A stretch of 48,545 bases of DNA, from contig CAZQNA010000010.1 of NCBI GenBank assembly GCA_964594835.1, positions 1 to 48,545 on the forward strand, in the 5' to 3' direction. This document shows, one piece after another, positions 25,477 through 34,009 of this stretch. The position numbers were made by a program, and so were the translations under genes. This DNA comes from an uncultured Nitrososphaerota archaeon. Its GTDB lineage: Archaea > Korarchaeota > Korarchaeia > Korarchaeales > Korarchaeaceae. The notes beneath the pieces were generated by a model. That model made no database searches. It was not told where the DNA came from and saw nothing but the letters and a program-made list of their open reading frames with translations. Numbering within the stretch: the stretch's first letter is position 1; each line of letters begins with the position of its first letter.

Positions 25477-26253
25477 TCAGTCCGCAAGCTTCCTGGCCGT
25501 TATCACGAAGCCGGTGTGGGCCACCATCCGGGCCGAGGGCCGGGTCCTCTGCTCGTTCACCTCGTAGCCCCTGACCAGAACCTCTGCCACCTCAACGTGG
25601 CCGAACCCGCCCTCAGTGGCTGCCAGAACGAACCTCTTTATCTGCTCGCAGGAGGGCACGAACACGGCCAGGGGGGAGCCGGGCTTCAGGACCTCCCTGG
25701 CGGCGGGGACTACCTCCCAGGGGGCCGCCATGTCCAGGAACATCGCATCTGCATTCCTCTCCGTTATGTCGGTCCTGAGATCACCCAGCTTGAGCTCGAC
25801 GTTCTGGACCCCCAGCCTCATCAGGTTCTCCTTCGCCAGCTCGTGGAACCTGGGGTTGATCTCGTAGCTCACCACCCTCCCCGTCGGCCCGACCGCCAGC
25901 GACAGGGCGTAGGCCAGGGAGCCCGACCCCGTTCCCCCCTCGACCACCAGGTCTCCCGGCCTCACCCCGGCCTTCACGATCATGTAGGCGGCGTCCTTCG
26001 GATAGATGATCTGGGTCCTCCGGCTGAACTTCTCCATGATGTCGGCGGTGGACGGGCGGAAGACCCTCGCCACACCCTTCTTCACCTCCACCGAGCACCC
26101 CCACGGTCGGCCTATGATCTCGCCCAGATCCAAGGGGCCCAGGTGGGTGTGAAACACCTTGTCCTCAATCCTCACGAGGTACTTCTTCGCGCCCTTCCGC
26201 CTCCTCTCAAAGACCAGTAGAGCGAGGTCCCCCTCTCTGATCCCTCCCGTCAT
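25477..26253 (-). CDS. trmI: tRNA (adenine57/58-N1)-methyltransferase TrmI
   Basis: FHTHLG, RRTQIIYPKDAAY, VEGGTGSGSL, FLDMAAPW, RTRPSARMVAHTGFV; start 26253 (alternative 26301). Confidence 0.95.
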   Translation of the reverse strand: MTGGIREGDLALLVFERRRKGAKKYLVRIEDKVFHTHLGPLDLGEIIGRPWGCSVEVKKGVARVFRPSTADIMEKFSRRTQIIYPKDAAYMIVKAGVRPGDLVVEGGTGSGSLAYALSLAVGPTGRVVSYEINPRFHELAKENLMRLGVQNVELKLGDLRTDITERNADAMFLDMAAPWEVVPAAREVLKPGSPLAVFVPSCEQIKRFVLAATEGGFGHVEVAEVLVRGYEVNEQRTRPSARMVAHTGFVITARKLAD

Positions 26254-26526
26254 CGGTGTCACGACCGCCGAGGAGTCAAAAAGTGTGACCGGTTCCCCCA
26301 TCGTCACGAGACGAACTCCCCTAAGCCGCAGGGCCAAGCGCGGCCGCGCCCTGAACGCCAGACCAGCGATCCGCCTGAGAGATTCTGTGAGATCTCCCAC
26401 CGATCTCGGTCGAGCAGAACCCAGAGCGTGAATCTTTTTATTTGGGGCCTTACAGTAAGGTCGTCCCGCTCCCGCGGGCGGCGTCTCCCGGGCTTGAGGT
26501 CCAAAAACTGTGCCCGGTGGGGGAAA

Positions 26527-26763
26527 TTGAGGATAATACTGAACGCGCATCTGAAGATTCTCCGGCGGCTGGCCTACGCCGGTGACGAAGGTGTCGTCGC
26601 CTCTGAACTAATACCCAGCAGGGTCGACAGAGAGCAGGTCCTTGGCTTTTTGTCGGAGATGGGATGGATCGCGCGGCAGAGGAGGTTCAGAGGTGAGCGG
26701 GTCTTCATAACAAAGAAGGGGCTTCTCTTCCTGGAAAACCACGGCGACGGCTACGACGCGTGA
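26527..26763 (+). CDS. Small winged-helix protein (putative transcription regulator)
   Basis: LKILRRL..GVVASEL..EQVLGFLSEMGWI..RVFITKKGLLFLE winged-helix pattern; TTG start after GGTGGGG. Confidence 0.7.
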   Translation: MRIILNAHLKILRRLAYAGDEGVVASELIPSRVDREQVLGFLSEMGWIARQRRFRGERVFITKKGLLFLENHGDGYDA

Positions 26764-26814
26764 CCCCCCGCCCCCCTCCATTTATTTTCTCGGAGTACCC
26801 CGTCGGGAATCCGA

Positions 26815-28587
26815 ATGCTCGGAGATTTCAGGGTGAGGGCGTCCGACGCGTCGGCCAGGCTATCAGACCTGGAGACCAAGAGCGGAATCCTTCGGCTCCC
26901 CGCGTTCCTTCCAGTCTACAACCCCAACAAGCCCTACGTCTCCCCATCCGAGATGAGGGGGATGGGGGCCCAGGCGGTCTTCACGAACTCCTACATAATC
27001 TGGCGGACCCCTCACCTGAGGGACCTGGCCCTCGAGCGCGGGGTTCACACCCTCCTGAGGTTCGACGGCGTCGTCTTCACTGACTCGGGGGCCTACCAGA
27101 TATACCGGTTCGGCGGGATCGAGGCGTCAAACCTGGACATGCTGCGGTTTCAGCACGCGATCGGGGCCGACGTCGCCTCCATAGTGGACGTCCCCATGGC
27201 CTCCGGCCTCCCGAGGAGAGAGGCCCTCGAGGGAGTCAGGAGGACCGTGGAGGCCGCGAGGGAGTGGAGAGAACACAGGGATGAGCTGGCCGGCACCCTG
27301 TGGATAGGGACGCCCCAGGGGTCGACGCACTGGGATCTGATCGAGTACACCGCCAGGGAGGTGGCCTCCCTCGGCTTCGACTACTACGGGGCTGGATCGC
27401 TCAAGGTGGCCCTCGAGACCTACGACTTCAGGGTCCAGGTAGACCTCCTCCTCAGGATAAGGAGGTGGCTGCCCGCGGGGAGGCCGATCCACTTCTGGGG
27501 GGTCGGCCTCCCGTCTGCCATGGCGCTCTTCACGGCTCTCGGGGCGGACAGCTTCGACTCCGCCTCCTACGCCCTCTTCGCGGAGAGCGGGCGCTACATG
27601 ACTCCGCACGGGACCCTGCTGCTGGAGGAGCTGGAGGAGTTCCCGTGCGACTGCCCCGTCTGCTCCAGGTGGACCCCACGCGAGGTGAGAGCCCTTCCAA
27701 AGCCTGAGAGGACCAGGATCCTGGCCAGACACAATCTCCACGTCCTGATGAGCGAGATGAGGCTGATCAGAGAGGCCATAAGGGGGCAGTGGCTCTGGGA
27801 GCTCGTTCAGGAGAGGGTCAGATCCCATCCTCGGCTCCTGGAGGCCCTCCAGTGGGCCCTGTCCAAGTACAGCGATCTCCTCGAGGAGAGAGAGCCCTTC
27901 ACCAAGTTCCACGGCCTGTTCTACTCCGGCCCGGAGTCTGAGTTCAGGCCCGAGGTCCGCAGGGCAAGGAGCCGCCTGTCCCAGATGTCTCTTGGGTTCG
28001 ACGGTCGCGCGTTCGACCACCCGCTCTTCGGCAGGGTCCCGGTCGGGCTCAGGTACACCTACCCCTTCGGCCAGTCGGTCGTGCCGGGTTGGGAGGAGCC
28101 GCCCGAGAGGCCGACTGACGAGGAGATCCTGTCGGCCATCCTCCGCTACCAGTTCGGCGTCAGTGCCCACGAGGCCTTCGACTCCCCCAGGCTCACCAGG
28201 TCTCGCTCGACGGGTATGCCCCGGGACGTCTACGACGGAGAGGTGAGGGTCGGCAGCATAAGGCCGGCCGACGGGCTGTTCGTCCCCTCGCTCGAGGGGG
28301 CATCTCGGCTTGTCAGGGTCCTCCCCCGGCCGAGGGCTAGGGTGGTCGTGCGGGACGAATACGCCGAGAAGGTCGCCCGGGGGACGACGGTCTTCGTGAA
28401 GTTCGTGAGGGAGGTGGACCCCGACGTGAGGCCCGGCAGCGAGGTGATCGTCGTGGACGGCTCGGACAGGGTCCTCGCAGTCGGGAAGGCCGTCCTCTCC
28501 GCCGCAGAGTACTCGACGTTCAGGAGACATCAGTTCGTGCGCATCAGGCATCACTCCCTCCCGAGAGAGGCTCGGGAGGGGGGTTGA
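26815..28587 (+). CDS. tgtA: Archaeosine tRNA-guanine(15) transglycosylase
   Basis: FLPVYNP, FTNSYII, TDSGAYQ, DSFDSASYA, CDCPVC..H zinc site, C-terminal PUA domain. Confidence 0.96.
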   Translation: MLGDFRVRASDASARLSDLETKSGILRLPAFLPVYNPNKPYVSPSEMRGMGAQAVFTNSYIIWRTPHLRDLALERGVHTLLRFDGVVFTDSGAYQIYRFGGIEASNLDMLRFQHAIGADVASIVDVPMASGLPRREALEGVRRTVEAAREWREHRDELAGTLWIGTPQGSTHWDLIEYTAREVASLGFDYYGAGSLKVALETYDFRVQVDLLLRIRRWLPAGRPIHFWGVGLPSAMALFTALGADSFDSASYALFAESGRYMTPHGTLLLEELEEFPCDCPVCSRWTPREVRALPKPERTRILARHNLHVLMSEMRLIREAIRGQWLWELVQERVRSHPRLLEALQWALSKYSDLLEEREPFTKFHGLFYSGPESEFRPEVRRARSRLSQMSLGFDGRAFDHPLFGRVPVGLRYTYPFGQSVVPGWEEPPERPTDEEILSAILRYQFGVSAHEAFDSPRLTRSRSTGMPRDVYDGEVRVGSIRPADGLFVPSLEGASRLVRVLPRPRARVVVRDEYAEKVARGTTVFVKFVREVDPDVRPGSEVIVVDGSDRVLAVGKAVLSAAEYSTFRRHQFVRIRHHSLPREAREGG

Positions 28588-29344
28588 GGAGGGAGTTGTA
28601 GAGGTAGCACTCATCCGGGCTGACCCTCAAGTCACCCCGGTCGTAGGGGCCTATCTCCGCCCCCTCCCACCTTATGATGGCGAACGGGGTCCTCTCAGCC
28701 GACTCCCCCATGACCAGGGCGGCGGATGCGGCCAGGCTGTCGGCGACGTTGACCACGGTGAACTTGAGCGGCCTCCCGTATATGTCGGGCCTCCCGCGGA
28801 GATCTCTCAGCGGGTTCACGCCCCACACTCCCAGGGCGACGCCCATGACCCCCCTCCTGAAGAGTGTCAGCCGGCTATCCACTATGATCGCCCCGACAGA
28901 GACCCCCCACCTCTCTCGAAACCAGCCCACTATCCTCCGGGCCTCCCCGTCGGGGTCCGAGGGGTGGAGGACGACGTGACCTGGGGGAGCGTTGGACCTG
29001 TCCATTCCGGCCGACCCGACCAGGATCCCGTTCTTGTAGGTGAGCAGGTATCCCCTGTACCCTCCCAGGAGCAGGTCGGCCTCCTCCAGGACCGCCTCAA
29101 CCTTCCAGAGCTCGGCCCCGTAGTGATCTGCCAGCCTCATCGCCTCGGGCCCAACCCTCGACCACCGGTCGATGGGCACCACCCTGCCCTGGCTGTACGC
29201 CACGACCTTGCTGGCCACGGCGACGACGTCCCCGTCCTCCACCGCCAGCCCCCTGGATCTGAGCTCCAGATCCAGCCTCTCCAAGTAGTCCTCTCCGACC
29301 CGTATCGGGGGATCTATCGGACCCACGGGCTCCACCCTCAGCAA
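28544..29344 (-). CDS. cofE: Coenzyme F420:L-glutamate ligase (CofE) family protein
   Basis: EDGDVVAVASKVVAYSQGR, SAGMDRSN, IIVDSR..FRRG, DLRGRPDIYGRPL..T..NVADSLAASA.LVMGE..ERTP; TTG start overlaps the upstream stop. Confidence 0.87.
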   Translation of the reverse strand: MLRVEPVGPIDPPIRVGEDYLERLDLELRSRGLAVEDGDVVAVASKVVAYSQGRVVPIDRWSRVGPEAMRLADHYGAELWKVEAVLEEADLLLGGYRGYLLTYKNGILVGSAGMDRSNAPPGHVVLHPSDPDGEARRIVGWFRERWGVSVGAIIVDSRLTLFRRGVMGVALGVWGVNPLRDLRGRPDIYGRPLKFTVVNVADSLAASAALVMGESAERTPFAIIRWEGAEIGPYDRGDLRVSPDECYLYNSLLNPPPEPLSGGSDA

Positions 29345-29886
29345 TCCCCACCCACCTCCGTGGGCTCGAAGCACCTCTCCAGGAGTTCTGACGCCAGCCT
29401 CCTCCTCTCCCCATCCACCCGGATGATCACCGCCCCCTCGCCGGGCTGCCCGTACACGACGGCCGCGTTGTCCGGGGAGAGTATGACCGCTGGGAAGCCG
29501 AGCAGGTCCTCCTCCCCCCTGACCAGAACCGTGACCCTCTCGCCTCGGCCGGCGGCGAGTATCGCGTCTCGCACCGCCCTCCAGGCCTCCCTGGTGATGA
29601 GGCCGGGCGGGTTTCCCGTCTCCAAGACCCTCCTGCCGAGGAGGAGTGCCGACAGGTTGACTCTGGCCCTCCTCTCCATCATGTCCACCACGGCCACGCC
29701 CGGCTCCACTCCGATATCCAGCAGGTTGAGGGAGACCCTGTCGCCGACCGCCACTATCACGTCGAACCCCCGGAACAGCTCCGCGCTGAGCGTTCTCCAA
29801 ACGGGCCCCCTGGGCCGCGCCAAGGTACCTCTGCACTCCTCTCTGAGCCTCACGTCCCGGACGAGTTCGCCTCCTCTGATCAACAT
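29338..29886 (-). CDS. GTP-dependent dephospho-CoA kinase (DUF359)
   Basis: VAVGDRVS, VVDMMERR, NPPGLIT, VRGEEDLL, VVYGQPGEG. Confidence 0.9.
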   Translation of the reverse strand: MLIRGGELVRDVRLREECRGTLARPRGPVWRTLSAELFRGFDVIVAVGDRVSLNLLDIGVEPGVAVVDMMERRARVNLSALLLGRRVLETGNPPGLITREAWRAVRDAILAAGRGERVTVLVRGEEDLLGFPAVILSPDNAAVVYGQPGEGAVIIRVDGERRRLASELLERCFEPTEVGGDC

Positions 29887-29939
29887 CCGCCCAGAGTTCC
29901 GCGCCCTGAATATAATCCCGAGGGGGTGTCGGTCGCTGG

Positions 29940-31517
29940 ATGAGGGTCCTCTTGGTGGACGCCCTGGCGGCCGGCTCGGGCAGGAGGAGGTCCTCGGTGG
30001 ACGTCGTAGGGGCCGGCCCCAGGCAGATAGCGGGAGTCCTGGAGAGGACGGGGGTACGCTACAGGCTCGCCACCGCGGAGGAGGCTCTGAAGCTTCGGGG
30101 AGGTGAGTTCGACGTGGTCATGGTGAGCGCCATGACCATGGACGCGGAGGTCGCCCGCCGGATCGCGGCCCGGTACCGTCGAGCGGTGAAGGTGCTTGGG
30201 GGGCCCATCACCAGCGATCCAAGCGTCGTCCCCGCCCTGGGGTACGACTTGGGGGTCTGGGGAGAGGCGGAGGTGACGCTCGAGGGGATGATAGAGGCGG
30301 GGGGCCTCGAGCGCCCCGACAGGCTCGACCCGGGGACGCCCAACCTGATACTCAGCAGCCGCGGCGGCGAGGCCCTCACCGGCCCCAGGAGGAGGCTGAC
30401 GGCGGAGGAGTTCAACGCCTATCAACCATCGGTGAGGGCGGTCAGGTTCTACCGCTCCAGGCCCCACCACCGGTACGCCAGGGTCTACGTGGAGGTGGAG
30501 AGGGGCTGCTCGAACTTCCTCAGACCGGCCCTGGTCGCGGATCGCGCCGCCTGCGACAGGTGCGGAGCCTGCACGGGGGCGAGGCGGCCGATCAAGGTCT
30601 GCCCCCAGGACATCCCGCCCGGTTGCGGATACTGCTCGATTCCGGCCATCTACGGTTGGCCAAAGTCGAAGGAGGCGTCGAACGTGGTGAGGGAGGTGGA
30701 AGGCCTGATATCGATGGGAGTTCAGCGGATAATCCTCAGCGGAGCCGACTTCCTAGACTACGGCCGGGACCGCCTGGGAGATCCCCTCCACCCCTGTGAG
30801 CCGGGCCCCAACCTCTCGGCCGTGGCAGGGCTCCTGTCCTCCATCAGGTCCATTCCCCCCGTGAGGAGGGGAGACGTCTACGTGGGCATAGAGAACGTCA
30901 AGCCCTGCCTGCTGACCGACGAAGCCATATCCACGCTCGCCCGCTACCTCCCACGCTCCGTGATCCACGTTGGGATCGAGACGGGTGACGACTCGCACGC
31001 GAAGCTACTCGGAAGGCCCTGCAGCTCCACGCTCGCCGAGGAGAGGGTCAGGGCGGCTCTGGAGGCCGGGCTCAGGGTCTACGTGTACTTCATTCACGGA
31101 CTCCCCTCTCAGACCGCTTCGACGGCTAGGGCCACCGCGGAGATGATGGAGAGGCTCTTCTCAGCCGGGGTCGAGAAGCTCACCGTCTACAGGTTCAGGC
31201 CGCTCCCCGGCTCGGCCTTCGAGCGATTCAGGCCGGGACCCCCGGCGAGGAGGGACAGGGCCTCCGCGCTCATAGAGTCCACGGCCAGGAGGCTCAACTT
31301 GAGGCGGAAGAGGGAGCTGGTGGGGAGGAGACTGGAGGTAATCTTCTCGGGCGACCTCAGGAGGGGGAGGAGGGTGGCCTACCCCTTCGAGGAGGGACCC
31401 ACGTGTCTCGTGAGGGGCGCCCCCGACTCCCTGAGGCCCGGTGACCGGGGACTCGCGCTGGTGACTGGGGTTCTCTCCGACAGGGCGCTGCTCGCGGATC
31501 ACATCGGCGGCCGCTGA
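29940..31517 (+). CDS. Radical SAM protein with N-terminal B12-binding-like domain and C-terminal TRAM-like tail
   Basis: DVVGAGPR, VLGGP, GEAE, EVERGC-x38-CGYC, GIETG, YFIHGLP, YRFRPLPGS. Confidence 0.87.
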   Translation: MRVLLVDALAAGSGRRRSSVDVVGAGPRQIAGVLERTGVRYRLATAEEALKLRGGEFDVVMVSAMTMDAEVARRIAARYRRAVKVLGGPITSDPSVVPALGYDLGVWGEAEVTLEGMIEAGGLERPDRLDPGTPNLILSSRGGEALTGPRRRLTAEEFNAYQPSVRAVRFYRSRPHHRYARVYVEVERGCSNFLRPALVADRAACDRCGACTGARRPIKVCPQDIPPGCGYCSIPAIYGWPKSKEASNVVREVEGLISMGVQRIILSGADFLDYGRDRLGDPLHPCEPGPNLSAVAGLLSSIRSIPPVRRGDVYVGIENVKPCLLTDEAISTLARYLPRSVIHVGIETGDDSHAKLLGRPCSSTLAEERVRAALEAGLRVYVYFIHGLPSQTASTARATAEMMERLFSAGVEKLTVYRFRPLPGSAFERFRPGPPARRDRASALIESTARRLNLRRKRELVGRRLEVIFSGDLRRGRRVAYPFEEGPTCLVRGAPDSLRPGDRGLALVTGVLSDRALLADHIGGR

Positions 31518-31523
31518 GAAGCG

Positions 31524-31600
31524 TGGTGGGGCCGCCGGGATTTGAACCCGGGACCACCAGCGCCCCAGGCTGGCATCCTACCAAGCTAGACCACGGCCCC
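31524..31600 (-). tRNA. tRNA-Pro(GGG)
   Basis: Reverse complement gives GGGGCCG acceptor, CCAGC-CTGGGGC-GCTGG anticodon arm, TTCAAAT and CCA; TTTATAA box at ~31628-31634. Confidence 0.97.
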
Positions 31601-31782
31601 TGGCGCTTCACACGTCGGCGGCCCAGGTTATAAACAGTTGCCCCGCCGCCCGGCCTCCGGCCACCGGCGAGGGATCGCGGCCATCTGGCGCCTCGGCCCC
31701 GAGGGCCTCCAGGGAGACCGAACCCCTCGAAAAGATTCTCCCGGCGGGCTCGCAAAGGGCATCCGGCCGCGCCTCTCCTGAC

Positions 31783-32016
31783 ATGCCCAGGGGGAGGCGC
31801 CGCTGGGTACTCCCCCCGGCGGCCGTAGGCGCCTGGCTGTCTGCGGTGGTTCCGTCGATCTCGACCGACCCCATTCTCCGCTCGATCCTGGCCCTCTCCT
31901 CGATGCTGGGACTGAGTGTCACGTTCTCCGAAGGTGAGACGAGGTGGATCCTGGAGTGCCTGATCTGGGCGGTCGCCTCGAGGCTGATGATCCTGCTCCT
32001 GTCCCTGGTGACCTGA
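31783..32016 (+). CDS. Small hypothetical membrane protein
   Basis: 77 aa with a basic N-terminus and three hydrophobic segments; fills the gap before tfb. No family recognised. Confidence 0.5.
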   Translation: MPRGRRRWVLPPAAVGAWLSAVVPSISTDPILRSILALSSMLGLSVTFSEGETRWILECLIWAVASRLMILLLSLVT

Positions 32017-32063
32017 TCTCAGCCGGCCGCGGCGCCCCTCGATCGCTCGGGGCCGGGCGTGTT

Positions 32064-32116
32064 CAGAAGTTTCTTATAACTGATACGAAAGTTTTATATA
32101 TCGAAAAGTTTGAAAG
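32064..32116 (+). promoter_or_regulatory. tfb promoter with tandem BRE/TATA-like units
   Basis: AGAAGTTTCTTATAA, CGAAAGTTTTATATA and CGAAAAGTTTGAAA in series. Confidence 0.65.
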
Positions 32117-33108
32117 GTGATTTGGGGGATCCCTTGGAGGGTGGCCGTAAGACCAAGGAGAGCCTCTTTACTGAGGTCAAGCTTACCTGCCCGCGCTGCG
32201 GGAGCGACCAGATAATTAAGGACCCAAACACCGGCGAGCTGGTCTGCGCCAGCTGTGGACTGATCCTCAGCACGGGTATGGTTGACACCGACAAGGACTG
32301 GAGGGCGTTTGACGCCGACGAGTACATGGATCGGGCTCACACCGGGGCGCCCGTGACTCCAACCCGGTCCGGCTACGGCCTCGACTCCGACATCGCCATG
32401 ACGAGCGGCCTGAGCAGGAAGTCCGTTCAGACGCTCAGGAGGACCCACAGGCACGTGAGCGACGCCAGGGAGAAGGCTGTTGAGCCGGCCCTCAGGAAGA
32501 TAAGGCTGGCTGCGGAGACGCTCAACCTCCCACCCGAGACGGTGGAGGACGCCGCCATGCTCTACAGGAAGGCCGCCGGCGAGGGGCTGGTCAAGGGCAG
32601 GAGCATGGACGCCATGGTCGCTGCCGTGATCTACGCCGCCTGCAGGAGGACGGACGTGCCCCGGTCTCTTGAGGAGGTCGCGTCCCTCTTCAATCTGAAG
32701 GAGAAGGAGGTCGGCAGGAGCTTCCGCTTCCTGTTCAGAAAGCTTGGGATAAGGATACCTCCCCCGAAGCCGGAGAACTTCGTCTACGCGATCTGCGCCA
32801 AGCTGGGTCTTCCAGAGAAGGTGGCGACCCAGGCCATCAGGATACTGAAGATAGCCAGGCAGCAGGGGGCGACGATGGGCAGGGAGCCCGTCGGGGTTGC
32901 GGCGGCGGCCATCTACATGGCCAGCCAGGAGTTCGGGGAGCACAAGACCCAGAGGGAGCTGGCCCAGGCGGCTGGCGTAACCGAGGTGACCGTGAGGAAC
33001 AGGTACAAGGAGCTCCTGGCGAAGGTCCACAAGCTGTGGCTCGAGCAGCTCCCTGAGGACCTCAAGAGGCAGATGGCCTCGTTCAGGGAGTCTACCGAGG
33101 GGCAGTGA
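32110..33108 (+). CDS. tfb: Transcription initiation factor B (true start may be TTG 32122 or 32134)
   Basis: Zn ribbon CPRCG..GELVCASCG, DWRAFD, KGRS..A.IYAACR, GREPVGVAAAAIY, AGVTEVTVRNRYKEL. Confidence 0.98.
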   Translation: MKGDLGDPLEGGRKTKESLFTEVKLTCPRCGSDQIIKDPNTGELVCASCGLILSTGMVDTDKDWRAFDADEYMDRAHTGAPVTPTRSGYGLDSDIAMTSGLSRKSVQTLRRTHRHVSDAREKAVEPALRKIRLAAETLNLPPETVEDAAMLYRKAAGEGLVKGRSMDAMVAAVIYAACRRTDVPRSLEEVASLFNLKEKEVGRSFRFLFRKLGIRIPPPKPENFVYAICAKLGLPEKVATQAIRILKIARQQGATMGREPVGVAAAAIYMASQEFGEHKTQRELAQAAGVTEVTVRNRYKELLAKVHKLWLEQLPEDLKRQMASFRESTEGQ

Positions 33109-33162
33109 GCTGGCGTCAGGTTTTTACACCAGGGGGCTCCGGCCCCAGAGAGTGAGGGCGAA

Positions 33163-33306
33163 ATGTACGTATGCCTGAGGTGCGGCTACGTATTCACAAA
33201 GGAGGAGATGGAGGAGTACTTCAACGTCTTCAAGTGTCCCCGGTGCGGGTACAGGATCCTGAGGAAGGTCAGGAGGGAGACTCCCAAGAGGGTCAGGGCC
33301 GTCTGA
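33163..33306 (+). CDS. rpo12: RNA polymerase subunit Rpo12 (RpoP); not in the ORF track (47 aa)
   Basis: Manual translation MYVCLRCGYVFTKEEMEEYFNVFKCPRCGYRILRKVRRETPKRVRAV*. Confidence 0.95.
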   Translation: MYVCLRCGYVFTKEEMEEYFNVFKCPRCGYRILRKVRRETPKRVRAV

Positions 33307-33318
33307 GGAGGGTCTCAG

Positions 33319-33966
33319 ATGCCCGAACTGAAGGGACCGATCAGGGAGATCCTGATACTCGCGGCCATCGCCGTCGCCCTCTTCGTCCTCTTCCGAGTGG
33401 TGCTCCCCCGCGCCATGGGCGTGGACTCCCCCATAACGGTGGTCCACGGCCCGTCCATGGAGCCTACATACGAGGACGGAGACATACTCCTCGTGAAGCA
33501 CGTCGACCCGGCCAGCCTCAAGGTGGGGGACGTCATAGTCTTCCTTAACCCCAACATTCCCCAGTGCAGAACCGACCCGGACTTCTCGCCCAGGTGCAGG
33601 ATAGTCCACAGGATCGTGGGGATCGAGACCGAGTGGGGTGAGCTGTACTTCGTCACGCAGGGGGACAACCCCGTCACCAACCCCAGGCCCGACGTCGGTA
33701 GGGTGTCACCCGAGCTGATACTGGGCGTCCCCGTCCTCCACATACCGGTCCCGCAGCTGGGTCACCTTCTCCTGTTCCTCCAGAGGCCCCTGGTCCGGGT
33801 TGCGATCGCGGCAGCCCTGGTCCTCCTCCTCGTGTGGGACTTCTTTGCCTCAGCCGAGTCCTCCGAGGAGGGGGAAGCCGTGGAGTCGGCCGAGGAGGGG
33901 GACTCGGACCGGTCCCCCGGCGGGGACCGCCCTCTCGGGCCGGGGTCGGAGACCTCCGCTGCGTGA
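33319..33966 (+). CDS. Signal peptidase I (Sec11-type)
   Basis: N-terminal TM, VHGPSMEPT, GDVIVF, IVHRI, TQGDN..D, C-terminal TM. Confidence 0.93.
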   Translation: MPELKGPIREILILAAIAVALFVLFRVVLPRAMGVDSPITVVHGPSMEPTYEDGDILLVKHVDPASLKVGDVIVFLNPNIPQCRTDPDFSPRCRIVHRIVGIETEWGELYFVTQGDNPVTNPRPDVGRVSPELILGVPVLHIPVPQLGHLLLFLQRPLVRVAIAAALVLLLVWDFFASAESSEEGEAVESAEEGDSDRSPGGDRPLGPGSETSAA

Positions 33967-33996
33967 TTTATAAAGGACCGCCTTATAAAGGCGGTC
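33967..33996 (+). promoter_or_regulatory. tbp promoter: two TATA boxes, the second centred in a 9-bp inverted repeat
   Basis: TTTATAAA 33967-33974; GACCGCCTT-ATA-AAGGCGGTC 33976-33996. Confidence 0.7.
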
Positions 33997-34009
33997 AGAG
34001 GTCTCAGCG

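Noticed and set aside
26254-26526. Possible replication origin near the oap/arv operon
   Set aside because: No ORB-like TTCCAxxGGAAA/G-string repeats, no long AT-rich unwinding element and no orc1/cdc6 gene in the window.
28544-28587. 44-nt convergent overlap of tgtA and cofE (also 20 nt for rnz and DUF54)
   Set aside because: Short non-conserved tails overlapping is ordinary in compact GC-rich archaeal genomes.
31635-31782. GC-rich spacer considered as SRP RNA, RNase P RNA or a box C/D guide
   Set aside because: Too short and lacking the hallmark motifs by eye; hairpins are expected by chance at this GC. An Rfam scan would settle it.
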